A DNA stretch of 64,000 nucleotides, taken from assembly GCA_023247705.1 (NCBI GenBank), contig JAHFFY010000001.1, forward strand, positions 97,358 to 161,357. Direction: 5' to 3'. The position numbers and the translations under genes were made by a program. The notes beneath the pieces are model-generated. The model saw only the letters and a list, made by a program, of their open reading frames with translations. It had not been told where the DNA came from and did not search any database. How positions within the stretch are numbered: position 1 is the first letter of the stretch; each line of letters opens with the position of its first letter. The DNA comes from Candidatus Omnitrophota bacterium (GTDB lineage Bacteria; Omnitrophota; Gorgyraeia; Zapsychrales; JAHFFX01). Of this stretch, positions 22,012-31,777 are shown piece by piece.

Positions 22012-23154
22012 TTATTTGGTATTGAAAAATTTTTGGGCTGCGGCCACTCCAGCGCCCAAAGAAAATTTATATCCCATTTTATTGAGAACTTTTTCCAGAC
22101 AGGATATTCCAGTCAGCATATCGTATTCATCCAGACATCCCATGTGCGAAAGTCGGACGATCTTTCCTTTCAAATCGTCCTGACCACCGGCCAACGTGAT
22201 CCCGTGGGTATCGCGCATGATTTTGGTTAATTTCTCTCCATCGATCCCGGCCGGGAGATTGATCGCCGTGACCACATTCGAGATGCAGGACGCGTCGGCA
22301 AAAAGGCTTAAACCCAACGCCTTGGCGGCTTCACGTGTTCCTTGGGCTAAACGCGCATAGTGAGCGAATAATTTTTCTAATCCGTCTTTTTTGATCAGTT
22401 TCAAACTTTCATTTAACGCGATAATGATTCCGATCGCGGGTGTAAACGGGGTATCAATCTTTTCCGCGGTTTTTTTGGCCAGAGTCAGGTCAAAATAATA
22501 TTTCGGATTCTTGGATAAGGGGACGAGTTCCCAGGCCTTTGCGCTTAACGTCACGAACGCTAGCCCGGGCGGAAGCATTAACCCCTTCTGGGATCCGGAG
22601 ACAACGACATCCACTCCCCAATGATCTGTTTGCAAATCGGTGGCCCCTAAACCGCTGATGGCATCAACAACGAGGACCGCTTTTGTTTTTTTGACGACCT
22701 CTGCGATGGATTTCACATCGGTCGTGACACCGGTAGATGTTTCCGTCAAGGTGATAAACACGGCCTTGATATCTTTATCCGCGTCTAAAATTTTTTTTAT
22801 CTCCTGGGCCGAAACAGCCTTTCCCCACGGAACTTTAATGACATTTGTTTTAACCCCGTAGACACAGCATAGCTCTGTCCAACGCTCCCCGAACTTTCCT
22901 CCCTCCACGGTAATGGCTTTATCATTCGCAGAAAGCAGATTGCAAACCGCCGCCTCCATTCCTCCGGTTCCGGAAGATGTCAAAATCAGAACATCATTCT
23001 TGGTTTGAAAAACATATTTCAATCCTTCGGCCGCTTCCTTGAGGATGTCCTGAAACTGCGGGGTGCGATGGTGAATAATCGGTCTCCCTAAGACTTCGCA
23101 GATCGAAGCAGGAATTTGGGTTGGTCCGGGGGACAGTAACAAATTTCGTTTCAT
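22012..23154 (-). CDS. Class V PLP aminotransferase (alanine/serine-glyoxylate family; probable phosphoserine aminotransferase role)
   Basis: LLSPGPT, HHRTPQF, SSGTGGME, VDAIS, SGSQKGLMLPPG, TPFTP; adjacent to serA. Confidence 0.9.
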   Translation of the reverse strand: MKRNLLLSPGPTQIPASICEVLGRPIIHHRTPQFQDILKEAAEGLKYVFQTKNDVLILTSSGTGGMEAAVCNLLSANDKAITVEGGKFGERWTELCCVYGVKTNVIKVPWGKAVSAQEIKKILDADKDIKAVFITLTETSTGVTTDVKSIAEVVKKTKAVLVVDAISGLGATDLQTDHWGVDVVVSGSQKGLMLPPGLAFVTLSAKAWELVPLSKNPKYYFDLTLAKKTAEKIDTPFTPAIGIIIALNESLKLIKKDGLEKLFAHYARLAQGTREAAKALGLSLFADASCISNVVTAINLPAGIDGEKLTKIMRDTHGITLAGGQDDLKGKIVRLSHMGCLDEYDMLTGISCLEKVLNKMGYKFSLGAGVAAAQKFFNTK

Positions 23155-23266
23155 ACTTCATTTCCTTTCAAAAATTTTTATTGAGCAATGAATGCTCATA
23201 AGTATAAATTTAATTTTTAAAGATGACGCATTTATTCAAAACGATTCATCAAAAAAAGTGATCTGT

Positions 23267-23890
23267 TTATTTTTTTCCGTACGTCATGTGTTTTTTGGAA
23301 TTAATGATGACCTCATCGACCAGGCCGTAATTTTTGGCTTCTTCGGCGCTCATAAAGAAGTCCCGATCCGAATCACCCTGGATTTTTTCCAGAGACTGGG
23401 ATGTGTGTTTGGCTAAAATCCTGTTGAGTTCATCTTTCATCCTTAAAATTTCTTTGGCTTGGATGGAGATGTCACTCGCTGTTCCTTGAACTCCTCCCCA
23501 TGGCTGATGGATCATGATCCGTGAATAAGGAAGGACATAGCGTTTTCCTTTTGTTCCCGCGGTCAGAAGGATTGATCCCATGCTGGCCGCCTGACCGATG
23601 CAATAAGTACACACGTCCGGCTTAACAAATTGAATCGTATCATAAATGGCTAACCCTGCGGTCACGGATCCACCCGGAGAGTTGATATACAAATTAATGT
23701 CTTTATCGGCGTCTTCGGATTGCAAAAAGAGCATTTGAGCAATGACCAGATTGGCGACCACATCATCGATCGCCGTTCCGATAAAGATGATCCGGTCCTT
23801 TAAAAGTCTGGAAAAAATATCGTAAGCCCGCTCGGCATGGCCGGTTTTTTCAACAACCATCGGAACCAATGTTTGATATTTAATGTCCAT
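23267..23890 (-). CDS. clpP: ATP-dependent Clp protease proteolytic subunit
   Basis: [31 protein letters not shown]; ATG 23890 preceded by GGAGG. Confidence 0.97.
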   Translation of the reverse strand: MDIKYQTLVPMVVEKTGHAERAYDIFSRLLKDRIIFIGTAIDDVVANLVIAQMLFLQSEDADKDINLYINSPGGSVTAGLAIYDTIQFVKPDVCTYCIGQAASMGSILLTAGTKGKRYVLPYSRIMIHQPWGGVQGTASDISIQAKEILRMKDELNRILAKHTSQSLEKIQGDSDRDFFMSAEEAKNYGLVDEVIINSKKHMTYGKK

Positions 23891-23962
23891 CTTCCCTCCT
23901 TTAATAATTTCATCCCTTTTTAGTGAACAATATCGAATCAAAACAATCCAGCCTTTTAAGGA

Positions 23963-24853
23963 TTACTTTGTTTCTTCCCACTTGGCTTCTCGTAAAAGAA
24001 ATTCCATAACCTTGTAAAAAAGATTTTCGCCTTCCGCGACCGTAATATTTTCCTGTTTGGCAATATACTCCAGGATTAAAAAGGTCTTCACGTCTTTTTC
24101 AGCAGCCGGCCGTAATTCTTTTCCAAGTTCTTCCGCTCTTTTTTGCAGATCGCTTTCCTTGATTCCTTGCGATTTGAGTCGTTTGATTGAATCTTCCAGG
24201 CGATGTTCTAACTGTCGATCAATCGCTGACTGCGGAACGCTTATGGACGCCTCTTTCAGGAGATATTCAACGATTTGGTTCTCGACATTGATGCGATTCT
24301 GCCGGTCCCGCTCCATCTCCAATTGCCGCTTTAAAGATGATTTGAAATCTTCAAAAGTCGGATAACCGATGCCTCGGGCAAAGGTGTCATCCAGAACCAC
24401 TTCTTTATCCCCCTGTCCTTTTTTAAAAAATTCAAGGGTTTTGGCAAGATCTTCATCCGTCACTTGCGCATTTTTACGGGTGATTTTAATATTTTTGTAC
24501 TCTTTGATCTTCACGTCCGGTTTAATATCCAGTAAGGCGGTAAAAGAGATCATTCCGTCTTTAAAGGCCACATCCTGAATGTCCGGGAGATCCATCGGGG
24601 TTATTTTTTCATTTTCAAGGGCTTCGGTATAAGCTTCGGGAATTAATTTTTTAATTGTTTCTTCCCGGGCCAGTTTTCCGTGCTGGGCTTCCACCAGATG
24701 CCGTGGCGCTTTTCCTGGACGAAATCCTTTGATTTTGGCCACCTTTCCGATTTCAGAATAAATCTCATCTAATTTTTTGGAAACACGCTCTTTCGGAATA
24801 AGAAATTTTAATTCTCTCCTCGTTGCGTCCAGTTTTTTCACTTCCACTTTCAT
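23963..24853 (-). CDS. tig: Trigger factor, short form lacking the FKBP PPIase domain
   Basis: GFRPGKAP ribosome-binding motif; position upstream of clpP; only 296 aa. Confidence 0.9.
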   Translation of the reverse strand: MKVEVKKLDATRRELKFLIPKERVSKKLDEIYSEIGKVAKIKGFRPGKAPRHLVEAQHGKLAREETIKKLIPEAYTEALENEKITPMDLPDIQDVAFKDGMISFTALLDIKPDVKIKEYKNIKITRKNAQVTDEDLAKTLEFFKKGQGDKEVVLDDTFARGIGYPTFEDFKSSLKRQLEMERDRQNRINVENQIVEYLLKEASISVPQSAIDRQLEHRLEDSIKRLKSQGIKESDLQKRAEELGKELRPAAEKDVKTFLILEYIAKQENITVAEGENLFYKVMEFLLREAKWEETK

Positions 24854-24879
24854 AATGATTATTCTTCCTTTCAGTTAAA

Positions 24880-24919
24880 TCCAAAATGTGAATTTTAACG
24901 CAGTGATTGCACATTTGGA
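24880..24919. repeat. Imperfect intergenic hairpin between lptB and tig
   Basis: TCCAAAATGTGAAT ... ATTGCACATTTGGA. Confidence 0.55.
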
Positions 24920-24928
24920 AAGTAATAT

Positions 24929-25657
24929 TTACATTGTGAATTTTTCACCAAGATAAATTTTTTTTGCCTTCGGATCGTTAATCAAATCTTGAGCTGTTCC
25001 GGAGATTAAAATCCGTCCGTCCGCCACCAAATACGCCCGATCAGTGATCGAAAGCGTTTCGCGGACGTTATGATCGGTCAACAAAATCCCCAGTCCTCTT
25101 TTCTTTAAATCCTTGATGATTTCCTGGGCTTCGGTCACAACAATCGGGTCAATCCCGGAAAACGGTTCATCCAGCAGTAGAAACGATGGATTCGTCACCA
25201 GCGCCCGCGTGATCTCCAGCCGACGGCGTTCGCCCCCAGATAATGTGTCCGCCCGGCTTTTGGCCAGATGAGCGATATTGAGCTCTTCCAGCAAGGCCTG
25301 TAATCGTTTCCTTCTTTCCCTGGGACTAAGTCCCAATGTCTCCAGGATCGCCATAATATTCTCTTCCACGGTTAATTTTCTAAAGATCGAAGATTCCTGG
25401 GCCAAATATCCCATCCCTAACCGGCAACGTTCATGAATCGATTTACGGGTGATATCTTCCTGGTCAAAAATAATTTGTCCATCGTCCGGTGCGATAATTC
25501 CAACCGCCATATAAAAGGTGGTGGTCTTCCCAGCACCGTTTGGTCCTAAAAGACCAACGATTTCAGAACGGCCGACCGAAATGCTGAGTCCGTCCACAAC
25601 CTTTCGGCCGCCGTAACTTTTAACGAGACCCTTCGTTTCCAAAAGCTGTAATGCCAT
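24929..25657 (-). CDS. lptB: LPS export ABC transporter ATP-binding protein
   Basis: GPNGAGKTTTF, YLAQESSIFRKL, LSGGERRRLEI, LDEPFSGIDP, TDHNVRETL. Confidence 0.97.
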   Translation of the reverse strand: MALQLLETKGLVKSYGGRKVVDGLSISVGRSEIVGLLGPNGAGKTTTFYMAVGIIAPDDGQIIFDQEDITRKSIHERCRLGMGYLAQESSIFRKLTVEENIMAILETLGLSPRERRKRLQALLEELNIAHLAKSRADTLSGGERRRLEITRALVTNPSFLLLDEPFSGIDPIVVTEAQEIIKDLKKRGLGILLTDHNVRETLSITDRAYLVADGRILISGTAQDLINDPKAKKIYLGEKFTM

Positions 25658-26453
25658 TTTTTCCTTCGGTTAACAGGATTAATTTTGGTCGACCGGAGAG
25701 AATAAGTTTCTGATCTTCGGCGCGATAAACGGCTTTTTCAGCGTAAGTTGTGTTTTCTCCTTGCGTGATCGAAACATTTCCGATGCAAACCATTTCTTTA
25801 ATTTGATTGTTTGTCTGATCAAAATAAATTTCCATCCGGTCCGCTTTGAGTTCCCGGCCAGCTTGAACGGCCTTGACATTATTATTGAAAACAGCCTGTT
25901 GTTTGGCCTGGTCAATCTCCATCGGCCCGTCACAGGTGATGGTGACAACTTTGTTGTCGACATTTTCGGTTTCAGTGTTGACTTTCACGGTGACATCTTC
26001 GTTCATCTGTGCTGTTTTTAAGTTGGGATGGGCCATTGCTCCGGTTCCGGTCGCTTCTATTTGTTTATCGATCAATTTGACTTTATCATCCGTTGTGACG
26101 AGATCTTTCTCTTTGCTCCAATCCAGGGAATCCGTTGTGAGTTTCGCTCCTGTTTCTGAGGTTATCACCACATCCTGTTCCAGATGCATATTCCCGCTCA
26201 CCTGGTCGATTGTTCCGGTCTTTGCGGTCACATTCATCTGTTCATCGCCATAAGCGTTGGCAACGATGTTAGTCAATTTGATAATATTGCCCATGATGTC
26301 TGCGGTATCGCCTTTGACATCCCAGGATTTTTGGCCGGCATTCGAATATCCTGAGAGATTGAACCCCTCAAATTGCTGGGCGTTTTCTTCAGCGCCTAAA
26401 GTCATCCCACCGATGAAAAGAATAATAAATGTTAGAATGCTTTTTTTGATCAT
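25620..26453 (-). CDS. Fused LptC-LptA (OstA-like) LPS transport periplasmic protein
   Basis: N-terminal hydrophobic anchor; LptC-like G.KSWDVKG..A and LTTDSLDW; then LptA-like AVFNNNV, LKADRMEIYF, GNVSITQG, AEKAVY, LILSGRP; sole gene between kdsC and lptB; ATGA overlap at 26450-26453. Confidence 0.8.
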   Translation of the reverse strand: MIKKSILTFIILFIGGMTLGAEENAQQFEGFNLSGYSNAGQKSWDVKGDTADIMGNIIKLTNIVANAYGDEQMNVTAKTGTIDQVSGNMHLEQDVVITSETGAKLTTDSLDWSKEKDLVTTDDKVKLIDKQIEATGTGAMAHPNLKTAQMNEDVTVKVNTETENVDNKVVTITCDGPMEIDQAKQQAVFNNNVKAVQAGRELKADRMEIYFDQTNNQIKEMVCIGNVSITQGENTTYAEKAVYRAEDQKLILSGRPKLILLTEGKNGITAFGNEGSR

Positions 26454-26968
26454 CGTTCTAATCCTTTGAGAAATCCATCCCATTTCCCTTGGGTTTTCAA
26501 TATTAATTCAATGACTTCACGTACTGCGCCATGTCCGCCCTGTTTCTGGGTGATATAATGCGCAACTTTTTTGATCTCATGAACCGCATTGGGGACGGTC
26601 ACTGCAAATCCGACCCGCTTCAATAAGGCCAAATCTGGAAGATCATCTCCAACAAAACAAACCTCTTCATCCCTCAGGCGGAATTCTTTCATTAGCTTTT
26701 TATATGCGGTCATTTTGGGAAAGGCATTCTGGTATACACGAGTGATGCCTAAATCCTTGGATCTGACCCCAACAACCGCCGAAGCCCTGGCTGTAATAAT
26801 GGCGGTTTTGAATCCTAACTTTTGAAAGAAAACAATACCAAAACCATCCTGAACATCAAAATGCTTGATCTCCGTGCCCTTGCTGTCGTAAATGATTTTA
26901 CCATCCGTTAAAACGCCGTCTACATCTAAAACCAACAATTTGATCTTTTGGATCTTTGTTTTCAACAT
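26450..26968 (-). CDS. kdsC: KDO 8-phosphate phosphatase
   Basis: LDVDGVLTDG, F.VQDG.G, GDDLPD, GGHGAVRE. Confidence 0.96.
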   Translation of the reverse strand: MLKTKIQKIKLLVLDVDGVLTDGKIIYDSKGTEIKHFDVQDGFGIVFFQKLGFKTAIITARASAVVGVRSKDLGITRVYQNAFPKMTAYKKLMKEFRLRDEEVCFVGDDLPDLALLKRVGFAVTVPNAVHEIKKVAHYITQKQGGHGAVREVIELILKTQGKWDGFLKGLER

Positions 26969-27931
26969 TCAAACCAATCCCGCCTTGAGTAAATCCTGGA
27001 CATCCACGAGACCGACCGCGCGCCCTTTTTCATCCACAACAGGTAACTCATCAATTTTTTTATCTTGTAAGATACGCAATGCTTCTTCGGCCAATTTTTC
27101 TTTATAAATTTTCGTTGGATTTTTGGTCATTACGTCTCGAACCTTACGAACAGACAAGTTTGGATCGGCTTCGAGATGACGGCGTAGATCTCCATCGGTG
27201 AAGATCCCGACCAAAAGCCCTTTTCGGTTTACGATACACGCTGAACCGCACCGTACGCGCGTAATGCTCAACAAGACCTCTTTCACCGTCGTATCTTCCC
27301 GTACTTTGGGAAACGCATGTCCTGAGCGCATGATATCGGTTACTTTTAACAAAAGTTTTTTTCCCAACGCCCCCGCAGGATGATAAAAGGCAAAATCCTC
27401 TTTACGAAATTTTTTGACTTCGATGAGACAGGCGGCCAAGGCGTCTCCCATGACCAGCATCGCGGTCGTTGAGGCCATCGGCGCCAAGCCGAGCGGACAT
27501 CCTTCTTCTTTGACCGCTACATTCAAAACCACATCGCTATGTTTGGCCAATGTCGATTTCAGATTACCGGTCAGGGTAATGATTTTAGCCCCGATCTTTT
27601 TAATCAGGGGCAATAATCGCGTTGTTTCTTCAGTCTCACCGCTGTTGGAGATTACAATCAAGATGTCTTGACAAGTGACTTGGCCTAAATCCCCATGAAC
27701 CGCTTCGGCGCTGTGCATCCAGATACTTGGTGTCCCGGTTGAAGAAAGCGTTGACGAAATTTTCCGTCCGATAATCCCTGTTTTACCCATCCCGGTGACA
27801 ATAATTCTTCCGGGGCATTTTACGATTAAATCGATCGCCTTTAAAAAATGATGATCCAGATTTTTTGCCAATCCCTGGACGGCTTGGGCTTCTGTGAGAA
27901 TCACTTCTTTGGCTCGCTTCAAGGATGTCAT
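26969..27931 (-). CDS. kdsD: Arabinose-5-phosphate isomerase (SIS plus CBS domains)
   Basis: TGMGKTG, EAVHGDLG, SNSGET, LAPMAST, HPAGALG, GIFTDGDLRR. Confidence 0.96.
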   Translation of the reverse strand: MTSLKRAKEVILTEAQAVQGLAKNLDHHFLKAIDLIVKCPGRIIVTGMGKTGIIGRKISSTLSSTGTPSIWMHSAEAVHGDLGQVTCQDILIVISNSGETEETTRLLPLIKKIGAKIITLTGNLKSTLAKHSDVVLNVAVKEEGCPLGLAPMASTTAMLVMGDALAACLIEVKKFRKEDFAFYHPAGALGKKLLLKVTDIMRSGHAFPKVREDTTVKEVLLSITRVRCGSACIVNRKGLLVGIFTDGDLRRHLEADPNLSVRKVRDVMTKNPTKIYKEKLAEEALRILQDKKIDELPVVDEKGRAVGLVDVQDLLKAGLV

Positions 27932-27945
27932 GTCAAAATCTCCGC

Positions 27946-28770
27946 CTATTGATTCTTAATGATCTGGTCAATCGCTTTCAGGTCAGTCAATAATGATTCC
28001 AGTTGAGACAAAGGCAACATGTTCATCCCATCGGAAAGGGCTTTACGAGGGTTAGGATGCACTTCCATAAAGACGGCATCGCAACCAGCCGCGACCCCGC
28101 ATCGGGCTAACAGCGGAATAAAATCACTATTACCGCCGGACGATGATCCTAATCCTCCTGGTTGTTGAACACTGTGCGAAGCATCAAACACAACCGGATA
28201 TCCAGTCTGGCGCATGATGGCCAAAGAACGAAAATCCGTTACAAGATTGTTGTATCCAAAAGTTGTTCCCCGTTCGGTCAAAAGGATATTTTTATTTCCT
28301 ACACTTTCGATCTTGCTTACGACCTCTTTCATATCCCATGGGGCTAAAAATTGTCCTTTTTTAATATTGATTGTCTTTTGGGTTTCCCCTGCGACCAATA
28401 ACAAATCCGTTTGCCGACACAAAAAAGCCGGAATTTGAATGATATCAAGAATTTTTTTCGCCTCAGCGACTTCATCCACGGAATGAACATCGCTGATCAC
28501 CGGAACACCAACCTCCTTTTTGATTTCATCCAGAATCGATAATCCTCGCCTGATCCCCAATCCGCGGAAAGACACCAGCGACGTCCGATTTGCCTTATCA
28601 TAACTGGCTTTAAACACAAACGGGATCTTTAAACGTTTGGTGATTTTTTGGATGGTCTGGGCGATCTTCAGGGTAATGTCACGCCCTTCGATCACGCACG
28701 GACCGGCAATCAAAACAAACGGCCGGTTTCCTCCAAGTGTTAATTTTCCAACAGGAACCCCTTTAACCAT
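27946..28770 (-). CDS. kdsA: KDO 8-phosphate synthase
   Basis: IAGPCVIE, KASYDKANRTS, QIPAFLCRQTD, KKGQF, DASHSVQ.PGG. Confidence 0.98.
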   Translation of the reverse strand: MVKGVPVGKLTLGGNRPFVLIAGPCVIEGRDITLKIAQTIQKITKRLKIPFVFKASYDKANRTSLVSFRGLGIRRGLSILDEIKKEVGVPVISDVHSVDEVAEAKKILDIIQIPAFLCRQTDLLLVAGETQKTINIKKGQFLAPWDMKEVVSKIESVGNKNILLTERGTTFGYNNLVTDFRSLAIMRQTGYPVVFDASHSVQQPGGLGSSSGGNSDFIPLLARCGVAAGCDAVFMEVHPNPRKALSDGMNMLPLSQLESLLTDLKAIDQIIKNQ

Positions 28771-29527
28771 GTTTCAAATTTCCTTTTAAAAGTTTTTTAA
28801 GGCGATCGAGATCTTCCTGGGTATCGATGCTCATGGTCTCGATGTCCGTTAAAACTGTTTTAATTTTGTATCCTGCTTCTAGCACCCTCAATTGTTCCAA
28901 TTGTTCCGTTTTTTCAAGATAAGATTTAGGGAGATTAACAAAGGAAAGAAGAAAATCCTTTCGATAGGCGTAAAGCCCCAAATGCTGATAGTATAAAATT
29001 TCCGTAAACTTTTTTTGATCGCGATTGAATGGAATAATCGAACGAGAAAAAAATAAAGCATATTTATTTTTATCAATCACGACTTTGACCACGTTTGGGT
29101 CCGTTAAATTCCTTTCATCCTTCAAGATGCGAATCGGTGTGGACATGACGCATTGAGGATCATTTTTTAGGGCTTTCACTAAGCTGTCGATAATCGAAGC
29201 TTGAATCAAGGGCTCATCCCCTTGAATGTTTACAACGATATCGACATCCAGGTTTTTGATTACTTCTGCGATCCGATCGGAACCAGACGAATGCAATTTC
29301 GATGTAAGAACTACTTTCGCTGCGAATTCCTTTGCTTTTTCAAAGATCCTTTCATCATCACAAGCGATGATTAAATCAGAAAGTTGACGACTCGCTTTCG
29401 CCCGTTCGTAAACATGCTGAATCATCGGTTTCCCGTTAATGTCCGCTAGTACTTTTGCCTTTAATCGTGTTGACTCATAACGGGCCGGAATAACTCCAAC
29501 AATCTTCATGGCATGATCTCTACTCAA
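28763..29527 (-). CDS. kdsB: CMP-KDO synthetase
   Basis: IPARY.STRL..K, SGSDRIAE, NIQGDEP, HLGLYAY, EQLEQLR; true start may be 29509. Confidence 0.97.
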   Translation of the reverse strand: MSRDHAMKIVGVIPARYESTRLKAKVLADINGKPMIQHVYERAKASRQLSDLIIACDDERIFEKAKEFAAKVVLTSKLHSSGSDRIAEVIKNLDVDIVVNIQGDEPLIQASIIDSLVKALKNDPQCVMSTPIRILKDERNLTDPNVVKVVIDKNKYALFFSRSIIPFNRDQKKFTEILYYQHLGLYAYRKDFLLSFVNLPKSYLEKTEQLEQLRVLEAGYKIKTVLTDIETMSIDTQEDLDRLKKLLKGNLKHG

Positions 29528-29530
29528 ATA

Positions 29531-30589
29531 TTATCGCTGTGTCAGGTTTAACGCTGAAAGAAGTTCGCTTTTGGAAACCGTCACCGCCCCCATTTTTCCG
29601 ACCACAATCCCTGCGGCATGATTGGCAATTTCAGCGGCTTGCAGTTTACTCGCATTAGCCGTTAAACAAAGGGTGAAGACCGCAATAACGGTGTCCCCCG
29701 CACCCGTCACATCAAAGACTTCCTGAGCCCTGGTGTTGATGTGAATCGGTTTTTTCCCTTTTTCAAAGAGACGCATCCCTTGTTCTCCTAAGGTGAGGAG
29801 TAAACTTTCTAAATGGAGAAACTTCAATAAAGACTCTCCCGCCAGATTAATATCGGAGTCTGTTTTAAGCTGATCGACATTAATCCTTAATTTGTTTCCA
29901 GCGTTTTGTTTGATTTTGATATTTCGGATGGCGTTTTCCGTTTCCTTGCGGTTGGGAGTAATCGCGGTCACGCCGTTGTAATAGGCGAAATGTTCGACTT
30001 TGGGATCAACGGTCAATATTTTTCGTTTTTCGATAGCCAATGAGCAAACATTGGACAATAAAATGGGATTAATAACTCCTTTCCCATAATCAGAAATTAT
30101 AACGGCATCGAAAGAATTGATCTGTTTGGAAACGAAATCAATCATGGTCTGATTTAATTGGTCATGTCCGAAATCTTCAATCTTTTCTCGATCTAATCTG
30201 ACAATTTGCTGTTGTTGGGCGATGATTCGTGTTTTCACCGAGGTGGGAATCCGTTTGTCGATCATGATCCCATCGGTTTTGATCTGCCGTGCTTTTAGGT
30301 CGCGCAATATGATTTTACCTTCTGGGTCATCGCCTATTTTTCCCATTAGTGAAACTTTTGCCCCCAGACTTTGCAAATTATTGGCGACATTGGCCGCGCC
30401 TCCCAGTGTGTAAAATGACTGTTCCTGCAAAACCACCGGAACCGGGGCTTCGGCAGAAATCTTGGCAACCTGTCCTAGGATATACTGGTCTAAAAGGACA
30501 TCCCCGATCACAAGAATTTTTTTTCCTGCAAAGTTGGCAATAATATCCTGAAATAATTTTATTTTGTTACTCATGCTTCGATTCACCAT
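29531..30589 (-). CDS. rfaE1: D-glycero-D-manno-heptose-7-phosphate kinase (HldE kinase domain only)
   Basis: IS.EAPVPV, GGAANVA, ISDYGKG, VDPK, ITPN, VFDVTGAGDTV. Confidence 0.94.
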   Translation of the reverse strand: MVNRSMSNKIKLFQDIIANFAGKKILVIGDVLLDQYILGQVAKISAEAPVPVVLQEQSFYTLGGAANVANNLQSLGAKVSLMGKIGDDPEGKIILRDLKARQIKTDGIMIDKRIPTSVKTRIIAQQQQIVRLDREKIEDFGHDQLNQTMIDFVSKQINSFDAVIISDYGKGVINPILLSNVCSLAIEKRKILTVDPKVEHFAYYNGVTAITPNRKETENAIRNIKIKQNAGNKLRINVDQLKTDSDINLAGESLLKFLHLESLLLTLGEQGMRLFEKGKKPIHINTRAQEVFDVTGAGDTVIAVFTLCLTANASKLQAAEIANHAAGIVVGKMGAVTVSKSELLSALNLTQR

Positions 30590-30664
30590 TAAAATCAGAA
30601 CTTCCCTATGATTGGGGTAAACTTAGAGTGTGTGATCAGATTATCAAAACGAGGCAACATTGTA

Positions 30665-31777
30665 TCATAGTCTCGAAAGGGAGTCAAATATCTCTAAAAC
30701 CTCCTGTGGGGTAATAGCTTCCAGACATTTAAAGCCGATGACACACCGATGGGCCAGGCAGACCTGGCATCCAACGTCCTTATGGAGGACAACCGAATCC
30801 TCTCCTAGCGGGCCCCAGCGCTGTGGATTCAATCCGGATTGGTTTCTTCCAAAAATAGCTAAAACCTTAACATTCAGCGCACCGGCCAAATGGACAGGCC
30901 CGGAATCATTTGAAATTAATAAGCGGCAGTGTTTCAGGAGACTGATGAACTGGCTAAGATTCGTTTTGCCTACGAAATCAATGATTGGCGCCGAGGTGAG
31001 TTGGGATATCTCTTCAGCGATTGCGCGAGTATCGTCACCACCTACCAAGATGATTTTGACTTGATGTTTAGTATGGATTTTACTGATTAATTCAGCAAAA
31101 TTTTTGACTGGCCAGCGTTTTGAAATACAACTTGCACCGGGATGTATGGCGATCACATCATCGGACTCTTTGATTTCGCTTTTAGAAAATTCTCTCTTGA
31201 CCCATTCTTCGGATTCTTTTTTGGTGGATACATATGGTTTGAGATAGGATAGGGATCGGATCTCTTTGATCGAAGGATGAAATGCGAAATTGGATTGATC
31301 GGTTGGCTCTCCGGTTCCTTTCTTGATATAGTTTAAAACATCAAGACAATATTGGACTTCATGCTTGATCCCCTGAGGACGCATGTCGGCTATGCCTTGT
31401 GTTAACAGAAAACCCAATTTGTTGTTTTTATAACCGATGCGGTTAGGGATCCCCGCGAGAAAACAAAGCAAAGTAGTCCTTTTCTTGGTGTGTAACACAA
31501 TGGCTAAATCAAATGTTCGCTTTTTTACTTCTTGAATGAGTTTGATATATCCAGTCAAACCTTTGTGTAATTTTTTCCGATCGTCAATCATGATTTCATT
31601 CAGATAAGGATTCCCATCCACGATCTCACGGGTTTGCGGGGTCACTAGGATGGTGATCTTAGATTGGGGATACATCTTCCGTAATAACGCAATCATCGGC
31701 GTTGTTAGTACCACGTCACCGATTCGATCGGTGCGAATAACTAAGATATTTTTGTAAGGTGTTGACATGTGGTTCAT
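30665..31777 (-). CDS. Glycosyltransferase family 9 (heptosyltransferase-like)
   Basis: RTDRIGDVVLTTP, IHPGAS...KRWP, SNDSGPVHLA; start set at ATGA overlap 31777. Confidence 0.93.
   Translation of the reverse strand: MNHMSTPYKNILVIRTDRIGDVVLTTPMIALLRKMYPQSKITILVTPQTREIVDGNPYLNEIMIDDRKKLHKGLTGYIKLIQEVKKRTFDLAIVLHTKKRTTLLCFLAGIPNRIGYKNNKLGFLLTQGIADMRPQGIKHEVQYCLDVLNYIKKGTGEPTDQSNFAFHPSIKEIRSLSYLKPYVSTKKESEEWVKREFSKSEIKESDDVIAIHPGASCISKRWPVKNFAELISKIHTKHQVKIILVGGDDTRAIAEEISQLTSAPIIDFVGKTNLSQFISLLKHCRLLISNDSGPVHLAGALNVKVLAIFGRNQSGLNPQRWGPLGEDSVVLHKDVGCQVCLAHRCVIGFKCLEAITPQEVLEIFDSLSRL

Noticed and set aside
24854-24928. tRNA-Leu often found upstream of tig
   Set aside because: The 75-bp gap has no T-loop GTTCRA and no cloverleaf.
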